Source of the DNA: an uncultured Nitrospinaceae bacterium
Lineage (GTDB): Bacteria > UBA8248
Direction of reading: 5' to 3'
Assembly (NCBI GenBank): GCA_964005815.1
Contig: CAXFSR010000049.1
Coordinates: forward strand, 366-64,365
Length of the DNA: 64,000 bases
How positions within the stretch are numbered: the first letter of the stretch is position 1; each line of letters starts with the position of its first letter. Positions 10,622 to 19,719 of the stretch are shown piece by piece. The position numbers and the translations under genes are program-made. The notes beneath the pieces were generated by a model. It searched no databases. It saw only the letters and a program-made list of their open reading frames with translations, and was not told the DNA's origin.

Positions 10622-11427
10622 TCTTCTTTACTTTTAAAAATATTTTCTATTATGTTTTTAAAATCTTTTTTAGAATTTTCCATATTAAAGTGTATAAAAA
10701 ATTCTCTATTCCCTTTAGTTCCAAGAATTGGACTATCAGTAACGTTACATGGAGAAAAACCCAAATCTTTTGATTCTTGCCAGATATTGAACAAAACCTC
10801 TTCATGTAATTTCTGATCACGAACAATTCCACCCTTACCGACTCTATTTTTTCCTACTTCAAACTGTGGTTTCACTAAAGCAACAATTTCATTAGGAAAA
10901 GAAATTAGCTTTTGAATCACTGGAAGAATTTTCATGAGAGAAATGAATGAAACATCAATTACAGCAAATTCAAAATTTAGATCACAATCAGATGAACTCA
11001 ATATCTGTCTATTTAAATATCGGGCATTAACTCCTTCTATTATCGTTACCCTACTATCGTTTCTCAAACTCCAGTCGAGCAAACCTTTCCCCACATCAAC
11101 GCAAACAACATGCGCAGCTTGCCTTTTGAGTAAAACATCCGTAAAACCACCGGTTGACGAACCAACATCCAAACAAGACTTGGAAATAGGATCTATTCTA
11201 AAGTAATCTAAGGCATGAAAAAGTTTTTCTCCACCTCTGCTTACAAATTCTCTTTTACTCTCAGTGATGGAAATGGACGAATTTACATCATAGGAATGGC
11301 CAACTTTATCTGCTACAAAACCGTCAACTTTAATTCTACCAGAAAGAACAAGTCTCTTTGCATGCTCACGACTTTTCACAAAGCCTTTTTCAACGAGAAG
11401 TTTATCAATTCTTTCTTTTTTTTTCAC
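10618..11427 (-). CDS. tlyA: TlyA-family rRNA 2'-O-methyltransferase (hemolysin A-like)
   Basis: S4 RNA-binding N-terminus (RIDKLLVEKGFVKSREHAKRLVLSGRIKVDG) followed by an FtsJ-like MTase with the GxGxG motif DVGSSTGGFTDVLL. Confidence 0.85.
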   Translation of the reverse strand: MKKKERIDKLLVEKGFVKSREHAKRLVLSGRIKVDGFVADKVGHSYDVNSSISITESKREFVSRGGEKLFHALDYFRIDPISKSCLDVGSSTGGFTDVLLKRQAAHVVCVDVGKGLLDWSLRNDSRVTIIEGVNARYLNRQILSSSDCDLNFEFAVIDVSFISLMKILPVIQKLISFPNEIVALVKPQFEVGKNRVGKGGIVRDQKLHEEVLFNIWQESKDLGFSPCNVTDSPILGTKGNREFFIHFNMENSKKDFKNIIENIFKSKED

Positions 11428-13334
11428 GAAATAACGCTACGCATGTGATCATCAATATCTATTAGATCGCGTGCAGCTTGAGTTATATCACCCGATGTTA
11501 GGCCACAATCTTCTCTTTGCAAAGCTGGGCTCCCATGAGATATAAAACGATCGGGAATACCAAGGACAGAAACTGGAATATTACTCATCTTATTTTCTGA
11601 AAGAATTTCTAAAACACCCGAACCCATACCACCAATTTTTGTCCCTTCTTCTATTGTTACGATTCTCTTACACAAATTAGCCTGTTCAAGTATTTTTTTC
11701 TTGTCCATAGGTTTCACAAATCTAAGATTCAGGACTGAAGCTTGAATTCCTATCTCTTCTAATTGTGAGGAAGCCTCGAGTGCAAGTGGAACCATTGGAC
11801 CTAGAGCAATCAATAGCACATCTCTTCCTTCCCTTAACAACTCTGATTCACCAATTGGAATACTTTTAACCTTATCTTGTAATTCAACACCTAAACCAGA
11901 ACCTCTACAGAAACGAAGCGCTGCGGGACCGGGGTATTCTATTGATGTAAGAAGCATACTTTGCAATTCGCTCTCATCCTTTGGAGACATCACGATTGCA
12001 TTTGGCAAACATCTCAAATAGGCTATGTCAAAAGCACCATGATGCGTAGGACCATCTTCTCCGACTAAACCTGCACGATCTATTGCAAAAGTCACAGAAA
12101 CATTCGTAAGACAAATATCATGAACTATCTGATCATAGGCTCTTTGTAAAAAAGTACTATAAATTGCAACAACTGGCTTCATATTCTCTAAAGATAGTCC
12201 AGCCGCAAATGTTACACCATGCTGTTCACACATTCCGACATCAAAACATCTATCAGGAAAAAGACTCTGATATTCTACTAAAGCTGTTCCTTCCAACATA
12301 GCTGCAGTTATTGCCACTATCTTTGGATCCTTCTTACTCAATTTAATCATTGTATCCGCAAAAACTTTAGAATAACTTGGAGGGCCTGGTTTCTTTTTCA
12401 GAAATTTTCCAGTTTCAGGATCAAATTTGGTAACACCATGGTAAGTAATTGGTTCAGCTTCACTATATGGATAACCATGCCCTTTTTTTGTAACTACATG
12501 TACTAAATTAGGACCCTTTAATTTACGAACATTCCGTAAAGCTGGAATTAGCAAATCTAATCTATGACCATCAATTGGACCTATATAACGAAAACCTAAT
12601 TCTTCAAATAGAATGCCAGGAACAAATAAATTCTTCATGGAATCTTCAAATCTCGTCATGAAATTAACAGCAGATTCACCAAAAACAGGAAGATGAGAAA
12701 CAATTTTTTGTATTTCATTTCTAAACTTCCTTGCGCGATTAGCCCATTCTCCAGTCATAATCCTTGCAAGATAAGAACACATAGCACCAACATTTTTTGA
12801 AATACCCATTTTATTATCATTTAAGATTACAGTTAGATCTCTCTTAGAATCTCCAGCATTATTTAACGCTTCCATTGACATACCAGATGTAAGACTTCCA
12901 TCTCCAATAATTGCAACAACACTAAAATTTTCTTTACTTAGATCTCTTGCAGTTGCCATTCCAGACGCCGCAGATATCGAAGTACCTCCATGTGCGACAT
13001 TCATATGATCATATGGACTTTCTAGTCTATCTGGGAAACCAGCAATTCCTCCCCACTGTCTAAGAGTTTCAAATTCCGTTTTTCTTCCGGTCAATACTTT
13101 ATGTGCATAAGCCTGGTGACCAACATCCCAAATAAGTTTATCGATAGGTGTCTGAAAAACATAATGCAAAGCAACTACTAATTCAGTTGCACCTAAAGAT
13201 GCCCCCAAGTGTCCACCGGTTTTAGAAGTAACGCCAACAATAAATTCTCTTAACTCTTCTACTACAGTCTGCAGTTCATCTTCAGATAGTTTTCTGAGAT
13301 CTTCCGGAGAATCTATTTGTGCTAGTTTTTTCAC
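11424..13334 (-). CDS. dxs: 1-deoxy-D-xylulose-5-phosphate synthase
   Basis: 636 aa with the TPP-binding GDG motif (IIGDGSLTSG) and transketolase-like domains. It sits in the conserved ispA-dxs synteny. Confidence 0.92.
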   Translation of the reverse strand: MKKLAQIDSPEDLRKLSEDELQTVVEELREFIVGVTSKTGGHLGASLGATELVVALHYVFQTPIDKLIWDVGHQAYAHKVLTGRKTEFETLRQWGGIAGFPDRLESPYDHMNVAHGGTSISAASGMATARDLSKENFSVVAIIGDGSLTSGMSMEALNNAGDSKRDLTVILNDNKMGISKNVGAMCSYLARIMTGEWANRARKFRNEIQKIVSHLPVFGESAVNFMTRFEDSMKNLFVPGILFEELGFRYIGPIDGHRLDLLIPALRNVRKLKGPNLVHVVTKKGHGYPYSEAEPITYHGVTKFDPETGKFLKKKPGPPSYSKVFADTMIKLSKKDPKIVAITAAMLEGTALVEYQSLFPDRCFDVGMCEQHGVTFAAGLSLENMKPVVAIYSTFLQRAYDQIVHDICLTNVSVTFAIDRAGLVGEDGPTHHGAFDIAYLRCLPNAIVMSPKDESELQSMLLTSIEYPGPAALRFCRGSGLGVELQDKVKSIPIGESELLREGRDVLLIALGPMVPLALEASSQLEEIGIQASVLNLRFVKPMDKKKILEQANLCKRIVTIEEGTKIGGMGSGVLEILSENKMSNIPVSVLGIPDRFISHGSPALQREDCGLTSGDITQAARDLIDIDDHMRSVIS

Positions 13335-13409
13335 GATAAAATAATCCTAAAAAAGATACTTGTACATTTAAAAACTAATATTGCAAATTTCAAAAATCAC
13401 AATTCAGAA

Positions 13410-14336
13410 CTAGAGACTACGGAAAACTATAAATTTTGCAAGAGCCTCTAAAGTTTCAGCATCTTTTCCAAAAACTTTCAAAAAACCTAAAGATTTCTCT
13501 AATGTAGAATTTGCTATTTCCTTTGATTTTTCAATACCATACATTGATAAATAAGTAATTTTTCCAGAAGCAAGATCGGAACCAACTGGCTTTCCTAACA
13601 AATTCTCATCTCCTTCAAAATCAAGTATATCGTCAACAATTTGAAATGCTAATCCAATATACCTACCAAAATTACTCAACGCATTTTGTTCTTCTTCATT
13701 AGCACCACCTAATATTCCTCCTATACAAACAGAAACTCGAATCATTTCAGAAGTCTTGAGCAAATGAATCTGTTCTAAATACTTCGAATCTACTTCAATC
13801 GAATCGGCTTTTATATCTAAATATTGACCACCTACCATTCCTGAAGGACCTGCAGCAGAAGATAAAAGTGAGATAGAATCTATCAATTTGTCTGACCCAA
13901 ATTTTTTCTTCATTGTATTGGAAGATATCAATTCAAACGCTTTTGTTAAAAGACCGTCTCCAGAAAGTATAGCCGAAGCCTCTCCAAAAGCTTTATGACT
14001 AGTAGGCTTTCCTCTCCTCAAATCATCATCATCCATTGCGGGCAAATCATCATGGATCAAAGAATAAGAATGAATACATTCTATTGCGCAAGCAGGTATT
14101 AATACATCATTAGGATCCCCTTTTACAGACTCGCATCCAGCTATACACAAAATCGGTCTGATCCTTTTTCCTCCATTTAACAAGCTATACGACATGACTT
14201 TATATAATTCAAACGGTTCAGATTGTTCATTAGTAAATAAGATTCTTAATTGTTCATTCACTAATTCATTCCATTTTTCCATATAACCTAAGACATCAAA
14301 TGAAGAAGACAAATTACTTTTCCTCACTTTCTTCAT
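13410..14336 (-). CDS. ispA: (2E,6E)-farnesyl/geranylgeranyl diphosphate synthase
   Basis: Polyprenyl synthase family: first DDxxD (LIHDDLPAMDDDDLRRGKP) and second DDxxD (FQIVDDILDF). Confidence 0.85.
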   Translation of the reverse strand: MKKVRKSNLSSSFDVLGYMEKWNELVNEQLRILFTNEQSEPFELYKVMSYSLLNGGKRIRPILCIAGCESVKGDPNDVLIPACAIECIHSYSLIHDDLPAMDDDDLRRGKPTSHKAFGEASAILSGDGLLTKAFELISSNTMKKKFGSDKLIDSISLLSSAAGPSGMVGGQYLDIKADSIEVDSKYLEQIHLLKTSEMIRVSVCIGGILGGANEEEQNALSNFGRYIGLAFQIVDDILDFEGDENLLGKPVGSDLASGKITYLSMYGIEKSKEIANSTLEKSLGFLKVFGKDAETLEALAKFIVFRSL

Positions 14337-14583
14337 CTAAAGGCTTCATAGAAAATGTGCCATCTTCAGTTATAGTTAGTTCTTCAATTTTTTTCTGAGC
14401 AGAATGTAATTGATCCTGCGTAAACTTAAACAATTTGACCCCTTCCTCATATAAAGCAATTGCATCTTCCAAAGTTAAGTCTCCGTCTTCTAAAGTTCCC
14501 ACAATTTCCTCTAGTCTAGAAGATGCATCCTCAAAACTCTTTGGCGAATCAAAAGATGGTTTTTTCTTTTTCGAAGAACTCAT
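14314..14583 (-). CDS. xseB: exodeoxyribonuclease VII small subunit
   Basis: 89-aa helical protein (FEDASSRLEEIVGTLEDGDLTLEDAIALYEEGVKL) in the classic position upstream of ispA. Confidence 0.8.
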   Translation of the reverse strand: MSSSKKKKPSFDSPKSFEDASSRLEEIVGTLEDGDLTLEDAIALYEEGVKLFKFTQDQLHSAQKKIEELTITEDGTFSMKPLDEESEEK

Positions 14584-15974
14584 TGTGTTTCTCCTTTTTG
14601 ATTTGTTTTTTCAACCCTACAATCTAATTCTCCATCCGACAATTTAATTTGAAGCAATTCTTGATTCTCTACTTGTCGAATACTACGAATGAGCGAATTG
14701 TCTTTTGCCCGATAGGTCAAACTATATCCGCGTGCCAAAATTGATATTGGGGAAACAGATTCAAGTCTAAGAATTAAATTTTCCACTTCTAAGTTCTTTA
14801 CAAAGAATATTTTTTCAATACTAATTTTAATTTTCTCAAAATATTCCTCAATTGTTTTTACTTTACTTGAATGAAGACTCAAAGGAGAAACAACTCTAAG
14901 TCTAGGCAAAATCGAAAAAGCACGATTCGTAAAACCTGATAGGACATACTTAGTTTCTTTTGAAAGACTTTCAAAGAGCATATCAACTTTTTGCTGCAGT
15001 TCCTGAATAAACAAAGCGGGTTCTTCTAATATTTTTATTCTCTCATAAAATGCAACTTCATCTTTTCTGTTCTTTAGGAACATTTTAACGTATCGTTCCA
15101 TCTCAGAAGGAAATCTCATAAAACGTTCTAAAAAAACATCCCAGTTGCTACATACTTTCTCAGCGGCTGCCGTAGGTGTTGAAGAAAAATCATCTGATAC
15201 TAAATCAGAAAGCGAACTATCCACTTCATGACCAATGGCCGTTAAAATTGGAATACTGCAGTTGGCAATGGCGCGAATAACTATCTCATCATTAAATGCA
15301 CTGAGATCTTCATTACTACCTCCACCTCTAGAAAGGATTATTAAGTCAGCAGGAGAATTTATTCTATTATTTTCTTCAGCAACCTGAATGGCTCTTTCGA
15401 TAGATCTTGGAGCATATTCTCCTTGCACAAGTGTATGGATGATTGTTAGTTCCACAAAAGGAATACGCATTGACAAAATTGGAAGCATGTCACGTAAGGC
15501 TGCTCCTTCACGACTGGTAACCAAAATAATTCTTCCTGGTCTTATTGGAAGGACTTTTTTCCTTTCCTTGGAAAAAAGTCCTTCCAATTCTAATTTCTCT
15601 CTTAGTTGTCTAAACTTTACATCTAAAATTCCTTCTCCTAATGGTTCCAAAGAGAAAACAGACAATTGGAACCTACCCTCCCGCTCAAAAAGAGTCACGC
15701 TACACTTAACCAAAACTCTCATCCCGACTTCAGGAATAAAATCAAGTGATTTTCTTCTACCTGCAAACATAACAGCATTTATTTTTGAATTAGAATCCTT
15801 TAAAACAAGATATGCATGATTCGATGGATATACCTTCCAACTTGAAATCTCACCTTCAACCAAAATATTGCTGAATTCTTGCTCAAGATGACCACGAACT
15901 TTCGAATTAAGTTGAGAAACCGTATAGATTTGATCTGACATTGTTTTCGTGGAACCCAATAAATCAATGTTCAA
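14580..15974 (-). CDS. xseA: exodeoxyribonuclease VII large subunit
   Basis: 464 aa with an OB-fold N-terminus and the catalytic ExoVII_large core. Overlaps xseB by 4 nt. Confidence 0.88.
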   Translation of the reverse strand: MNIDLLGSTKTMSDQIYTVSQLNSKVRGHLEQEFSNILVEGEISSWKVYPSNHAYLVLKDSNSKINAVMFAGRRKSLDFIPEVGMRVLVKCSVTLFEREGRFQLSVFSLEPLGEGILDVKFRQLREKLELEGLFSKERKKVLPIRPGRIILVTSREGAALRDMLPILSMRIPFVELTIIHTLVQGEYAPRSIERAIQVAEENNRINSPADLIILSRGGGSNEDLSAFNDEIVIRAIANCSIPILTAIGHEVDSSLSDLVSDDFSSTPTAAAEKVCSNWDVFLERFMRFPSEMERYVKMFLKNRKDEVAFYERIKILEEPALFIQELQQKVDMLFESLSKETKYVLSGFTNRAFSILPRLRVVSPLSLHSSKVKTIEEYFEKIKISIEKIFFVKNLEVENLILRLESVSPISILARGYSLTYRAKDNSLIRSIRQVENQELLQIKLSDGELDCRVEKTNQKGETQ

Positions 15975-15986
15975 AAAATTCTTCCT

Positions 15987-16868
15987 TTAAGTCACTGAAA
16001 TATGATTTTCAAATGCATTCACTGTATTAACCATTAACATAGATATAGTCATGGGACCAACACCTCCGGGTACTGGAGTTATAGCCGAAACTTTTCCCAT
16101 CAGTGATGCAAAATCACAATCTCCTACCAATTTATCATCTAGTCTGTTTGTCCCAACGTCAACAACTATAGCTCCTTCCTTCACCATCTCTGCACTCACA
16201 AAATTTGCTCTACCAACTGCAGCGATTAATATATCTGCACTTTTCGTTACCTCACCAATTTTTTCTGTCCTAGAATGACAAATAGTTACGGTCGCATTCT
16301 CATGTAACATAAGAATGGATAATGGAAGACCGACGATTTTACTCCTTCCAATTATAACAACATTTTTTCCTTCCATTTGAAAACCATAGAATTTCAATAT
16401 TTCAAGTACCCCAGCGGGAGTACAAGATTTAGGCCCTGGTTGCTTTAAAGATAATTTCCCGAAATTTTCACTATGAAAAACATCAACATCTTTTAATGGA
16501 TCAACTTTCTTAAGGATTTCTGTTTCATCAAAAGTTGAAGGAAGAGGGAGTTGAACAAGTATACCGTCAATTTTTGAATCCTGATTTAGTTTTTCTATTA
16601 AATCAGATAGTTCTTGAAAAGAAACATCAGAAGACAATCTATAGTCGTACGTTTCTATCCCAATTTTATCAGCCATTTTACCTTTTAGACGTACGTATAC
16701 CTGAGATGCAGGGTCTTCCCCAACTAATATAACCGCTAAACCAGGAGATCTACCAGAAGATTTTTTTAATCTTTCAATTCTTGAAACGAGAACTTTTATT
16801 ATTTTGTCTGATACCGGTTTGCCTTTCATTATTAACGTGTCTATCTTTTTATTCATTTTTGTTGGCAC
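15987..16868 (-). CDS. folD: bifunctional 5,10-methylene-THF dehydrogenase / methenyl-THF cyclohydrolase
   Basis: 293 aa with GLAVILVGEDPASQVYV and GRSKIVGLP motifs. Confidence 0.9.
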   Translation of the reverse strand: MPTKMNKKIDTLIMKGKPVSDKIIKVLVSRIERLKKSSGRSPGLAVILVGEDPASQVYVRLKGKMADKIGIETYDYRLSSDVSFQELSDLIEKLNQDSKIDGILVQLPLPSTFDETEILKKVDPLKDVDVFHSENFGKLSLKQPGPKSCTPAGVLEILKFYGFQMEGKNVVIIGRSKIVGLPLSILMLHENATVTICHSRTEKIGEVTKSADILIAAVGRANFVSAEMVKEGAIVVDVGTNRLDDKLVGDCDFASLMGKVSAITPVPGGVGPMTISMLMVNTVNAFENHISVT

Positions 16869-17016
16869 CTCTAAATAATTTTAGCTTCTTATATTCTGTG
16901 TAATTTTGTTATACTACATTTGGTGGAGAAAAAAACAAATTGCTTTAACAATTCAAACCCCTTACAAAAAAGTAAGAGAAGAAAACTAGCTACGTAGTTT
17001 CTAAATTAAGGGAAAA

Positions 17017-17685
17017 ATGAAAAATTTTATATATGCAATTCAAACCGATTTAGACGCCGCATTTGCAAGAGATCCTGCTGTTAATAGTAAGATAGAAATT
17101 ATTCTCTGTTATCCTGGATTTCACGCAATATTTATTCATCGTATTTCGCACTTCATTTTCAAAAAAGGATTAAAGTTAATTCCGCGATTTTTAAGTCATA
17201 TAGGTAGACTACTTACAGGAATTGAAATTCATCCGGGAGCACAGATAGACATAGGGTTTTTTATAGACCATGGGATGGGAGTTGTAATTGGAGAAACCTC
17301 TGTTATCGGAAAGAACTGCACAATTTATCATGGCGTAACTCTTGGGGGCGTAAGCCTAAAAAAAGAGAAAAGGCACCCTACTCTCGAAGATAATGTTTTA
17401 GTTGGAGTAGGGGCACGTATACTTGGACCACATATAATAGGCAAAAACAGTAGAATAGGGGCAGGGTCAGTAGTTATTTCTGATGTCCCTCCGGATTGCA
17501 CAGTTATAGGAGTTCCTGCACGGATTGTTTCAGGATTAAGAAAGGAACCCAATCAAAAACAACAAGAAACTTCTTTTGAACACGACGAACTTCCAGATCC
17601 TATACAAAATTCTATTCAAAATTTAGAAAAAAGAATACAAGACCTTGAAAAAAGAACGAAAGATGAGGAGGCTCCTGGTTTATGA
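17017..17685 (+). CDS. cysE: serine O-acetyltransferase
   Basis: Left-handed beta-helix hexapeptide repeats and an N-terminal SATase domain (DPAVNSKIEIILCYPGFHAIFIHRISH). Confidence 0.85.
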   Translation: MKNFIYAIQTDLDAAFARDPAVNSKIEIILCYPGFHAIFIHRISHFIFKKGLKLIPRFLSHIGRLLTGIEIHPGAQIDIGFFIDHGMGVVIGETSVIGKNCTIYHGVTLGGVSLKKEKRHPTLEDNVLVGVGARILGPHIIGKNSRIGAGSVVISDVPPDCTVIGVPARIVSGLRKEPNQKQQETSFEHDELPDPIQNSIQNLEKRIQDLEKRTKDEEAPGL

Positions 17686-18839
17686 AAAGAATTTATTTAG
17701 ACCACAACTCTACAACACCTATACGTCCTGAAGTGATCAAAATTGCAGAACCTTTCATTACAAATTTTTACGGAAATCCAAGTAGTGTTCACTCTTTTGG
17801 AAGAGAAACCAGAGAAGCAATAGAAAATTCCCGTATTAAAATAGCATCGACAATAAATGCTTCTGATCCAAATGAGATTTTTTTTACTTCTGGTGGAACT
17901 GAGAGTGACAATCTCGCAATTAGAGGAGTTTTTAATAATCAAGAATCAAAATCACATATTATTACAACTCAAATTGAACATAATGCCGTTTTAGATACTT
18001 GCAATCACCTTAGTAGCGAAAGATCGTTAGAAGTAACCTATATAAAACCGGACAAAGATGGTTTAGTGTCTTCGAAAAGAATCAAAGATGCAGTGAAAAA
18101 AAACACAAAATTAATATCCGTAATTTTGGGAAATAATGAAATAGGTACTATTCAACCAATTTCTGAAATTTCAACATTTTGTAAAAATTTGGGGATATTA
18201 TTTCATACAGACGCGGTACAAGCAGTTGGAAAAATGAAAATAGATGTGCAAAAAGATAACATAGATTTATTATCTGGAAGTGGTCACAAAATTAATGCTC
18301 CAAAAGGTATTGGTTTCCTTTATGCAAGAAAAAACACTCCACTTAATGCAATTCTAACTGGAGGTGGCCAAGAACAAAACATAAGATCGGGTACCGAAAA
18401 TGTAGCTGGAATAGTTGCACTAGGTGAAGCATGCAAAATTTTAGATACAGAAGGAAATGAGCTTTGGGGTAATGTTTTAAAATTGAGAGATAGATTAGAA
18501 AATGAGATTTGTGAAAAGATTCCTGATGTTGAAATCATTGGACACAAGACTCAACGTCTTCCTGGAACATCAAATATCGCGTTCTCAAATGCTGAAGGAG
18601 AAACTTTATTAATCAGACTAGATCTTGAAGGGATAGCTGTAAGTACAGGTGCAGCCTGCAGCTCTGGATCAACTGAACCTAGTCATGTTTTACTTTCAAT
18701 GGATCTGCCACAAAATCTTGTTCGTGGTTCTCTTCGTTTTAGTCTGGGTTGGGGAAGTACTGATGAAGATATAGATTATTTAATGGATAAATTACCTTCT
18801 GCAGTTAAAAAGGTTAGAGAAATTGCGCCAAAGAATTAG
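17682..18839 (+). CDS. nifS: cysteine desulfurase (NifS/IscS class)
   Basis: 385 aa. PLP-lysine motif SGSGHKINAPKG and active Cys in STGAACSSG. Start overlaps the cysE stop. Confidence 0.88.
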   Translation: MKRIYLDHNSTTPIRPEVIKIAEPFITNFYGNPSSVHSFGRETREAIENSRIKIASTINASDPNEIFFTSGGTESDNLAIRGVFNNQESKSHIITTQIEHNAVLDTCNHLSSERSLEVTYIKPDKDGLVSSKRIKDAVKKNTKLISVILGNNEIGTIQPISEISTFCKNLGILFHTDAVQAVGKMKIDVQKDNIDLLSGSGHKINAPKGIGFLYARKNTPLNAILTGGGQEQNIRSGTENVAGIVALGEACKILDTEGNELWGNVLKLRDRLENEICEKIPDVEIIGHKTQRLPGTSNIAFSNAEGETLLIRLDLEGIAVSTGAACSSGSTEPSHVLLSMDLPQNLVRGSLRFSLGWGSTDEDIDYLMDKLPSAVKKVREIAPKN

Positions 18840-18862
18840 TTCTAAATTACTAAAGGTAAAAA

Positions 18863-19243
18863 ATGAATAATAGCAACTATCATTATAATTCTATTGTATT
18901 GTCACATATTGCATCGCCTCAAAATGTTGGTATTTTAGAGGACCCTAACTATTTAGGAAAAGGAACTAATCCCTCTTGTGGCGATGAGGTAGAATTGTAT
19001 ATCAAAACAAATGGAGAAAAGATTATTGACGCTAAAATTAAAATCCTTGGGTGTGGAGCAATTACAGCTTCAATGAGTCTACTAAGTAATTTACTTATAG
19101 GTAAATCAATCCAAGATGCAAAAAAAATATCCTCCGAAGATATTGAAAGAAACTTAGGAGGACTTCCTAAACACAAACAGCATTGTTCTAAATTAGCATG
19201 TAGAGTCCTCCAAAACGCTTTTGATAAATCAGAAAATGAATAA
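18863..19243 (+). CDS. nifU: Fe-S cluster assembly scaffold (NifU/IscU N-terminal type)
   Basis: 126 aa with the three scaffold Cys (GNPSCGDE, GCGAITAS, HCSKLA). Confidence 0.85.
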   Translation: MNNSNYHYNSIVLSHIASPQNVGILEDPNYLGKGTNPSCGDEVELYIKTNGEKIIDAKIKILGCGAITASMSLLSNLLIGKSIQDAKKISSEDIERNLGGLPKHKQHCSKLACRVLQNAFDKSENE

Positions 19244-19703
19244 AATATTAGAAAATCCTATGCAAATTCAAATCATTAAGAAAGACCCTATAGAAGGTTC
19301 AGGCATTTCTACATATGGAGATACCACACCTGAGAAAGTAGGACTATTAAGAGGTCAATTTCTTAAACTAATCGGTCATTTACAAATCTTGGACGGAGAT
19401 TGTTATGGAGTCCTATCACCTAACGATAGTTACAAAACTTTTTTGCCAAAAAAGTATCTTTATTCAAATATTGAAAATTTTACTACAATCCAAATTAAAT
19501 CCAACTTATATGCGATAGGAATTCATGAAGGAAGTTACCGAAATTTACCTCAATCACAGGAGAAAATTTTGAAAAATATTAAGGAAAAAGGTCTTGAAAA
19601 AACGGATGACCCTATAGTCCACCGCTTCATGAATGATCCTAGAAAAACTACAGTCCAAGAACTCAGAACAGAAATATGGATAGGAATAATCCAGAAAAAT
19701 TAG
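19236..19703 (+). CDS. hypothetical protein downstream of nifU
   Basis: Its ATG overlaps the nifU stop in an ATGA arrangement (ORF-track start 19221 trimmed to the Met at 19236). No recognisable family. Confidence 0.4.
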   Translation: MNKILENPMQIQIIKKDPIEGSGISTYGDTTPEKVGLLRGQFLKLIGHLQILDGDCYGVLSPNDSYKTFLPKKYLYSNIENFTTIQIKSNLYAIGIHEGSYRNLPQSQEKILKNIKEKGLEKTDDPIVHRFMNDPRKTTVQELRTEIWIGIIQKN

Positions 19704-19719
19704 AACCTATCAATAAACA

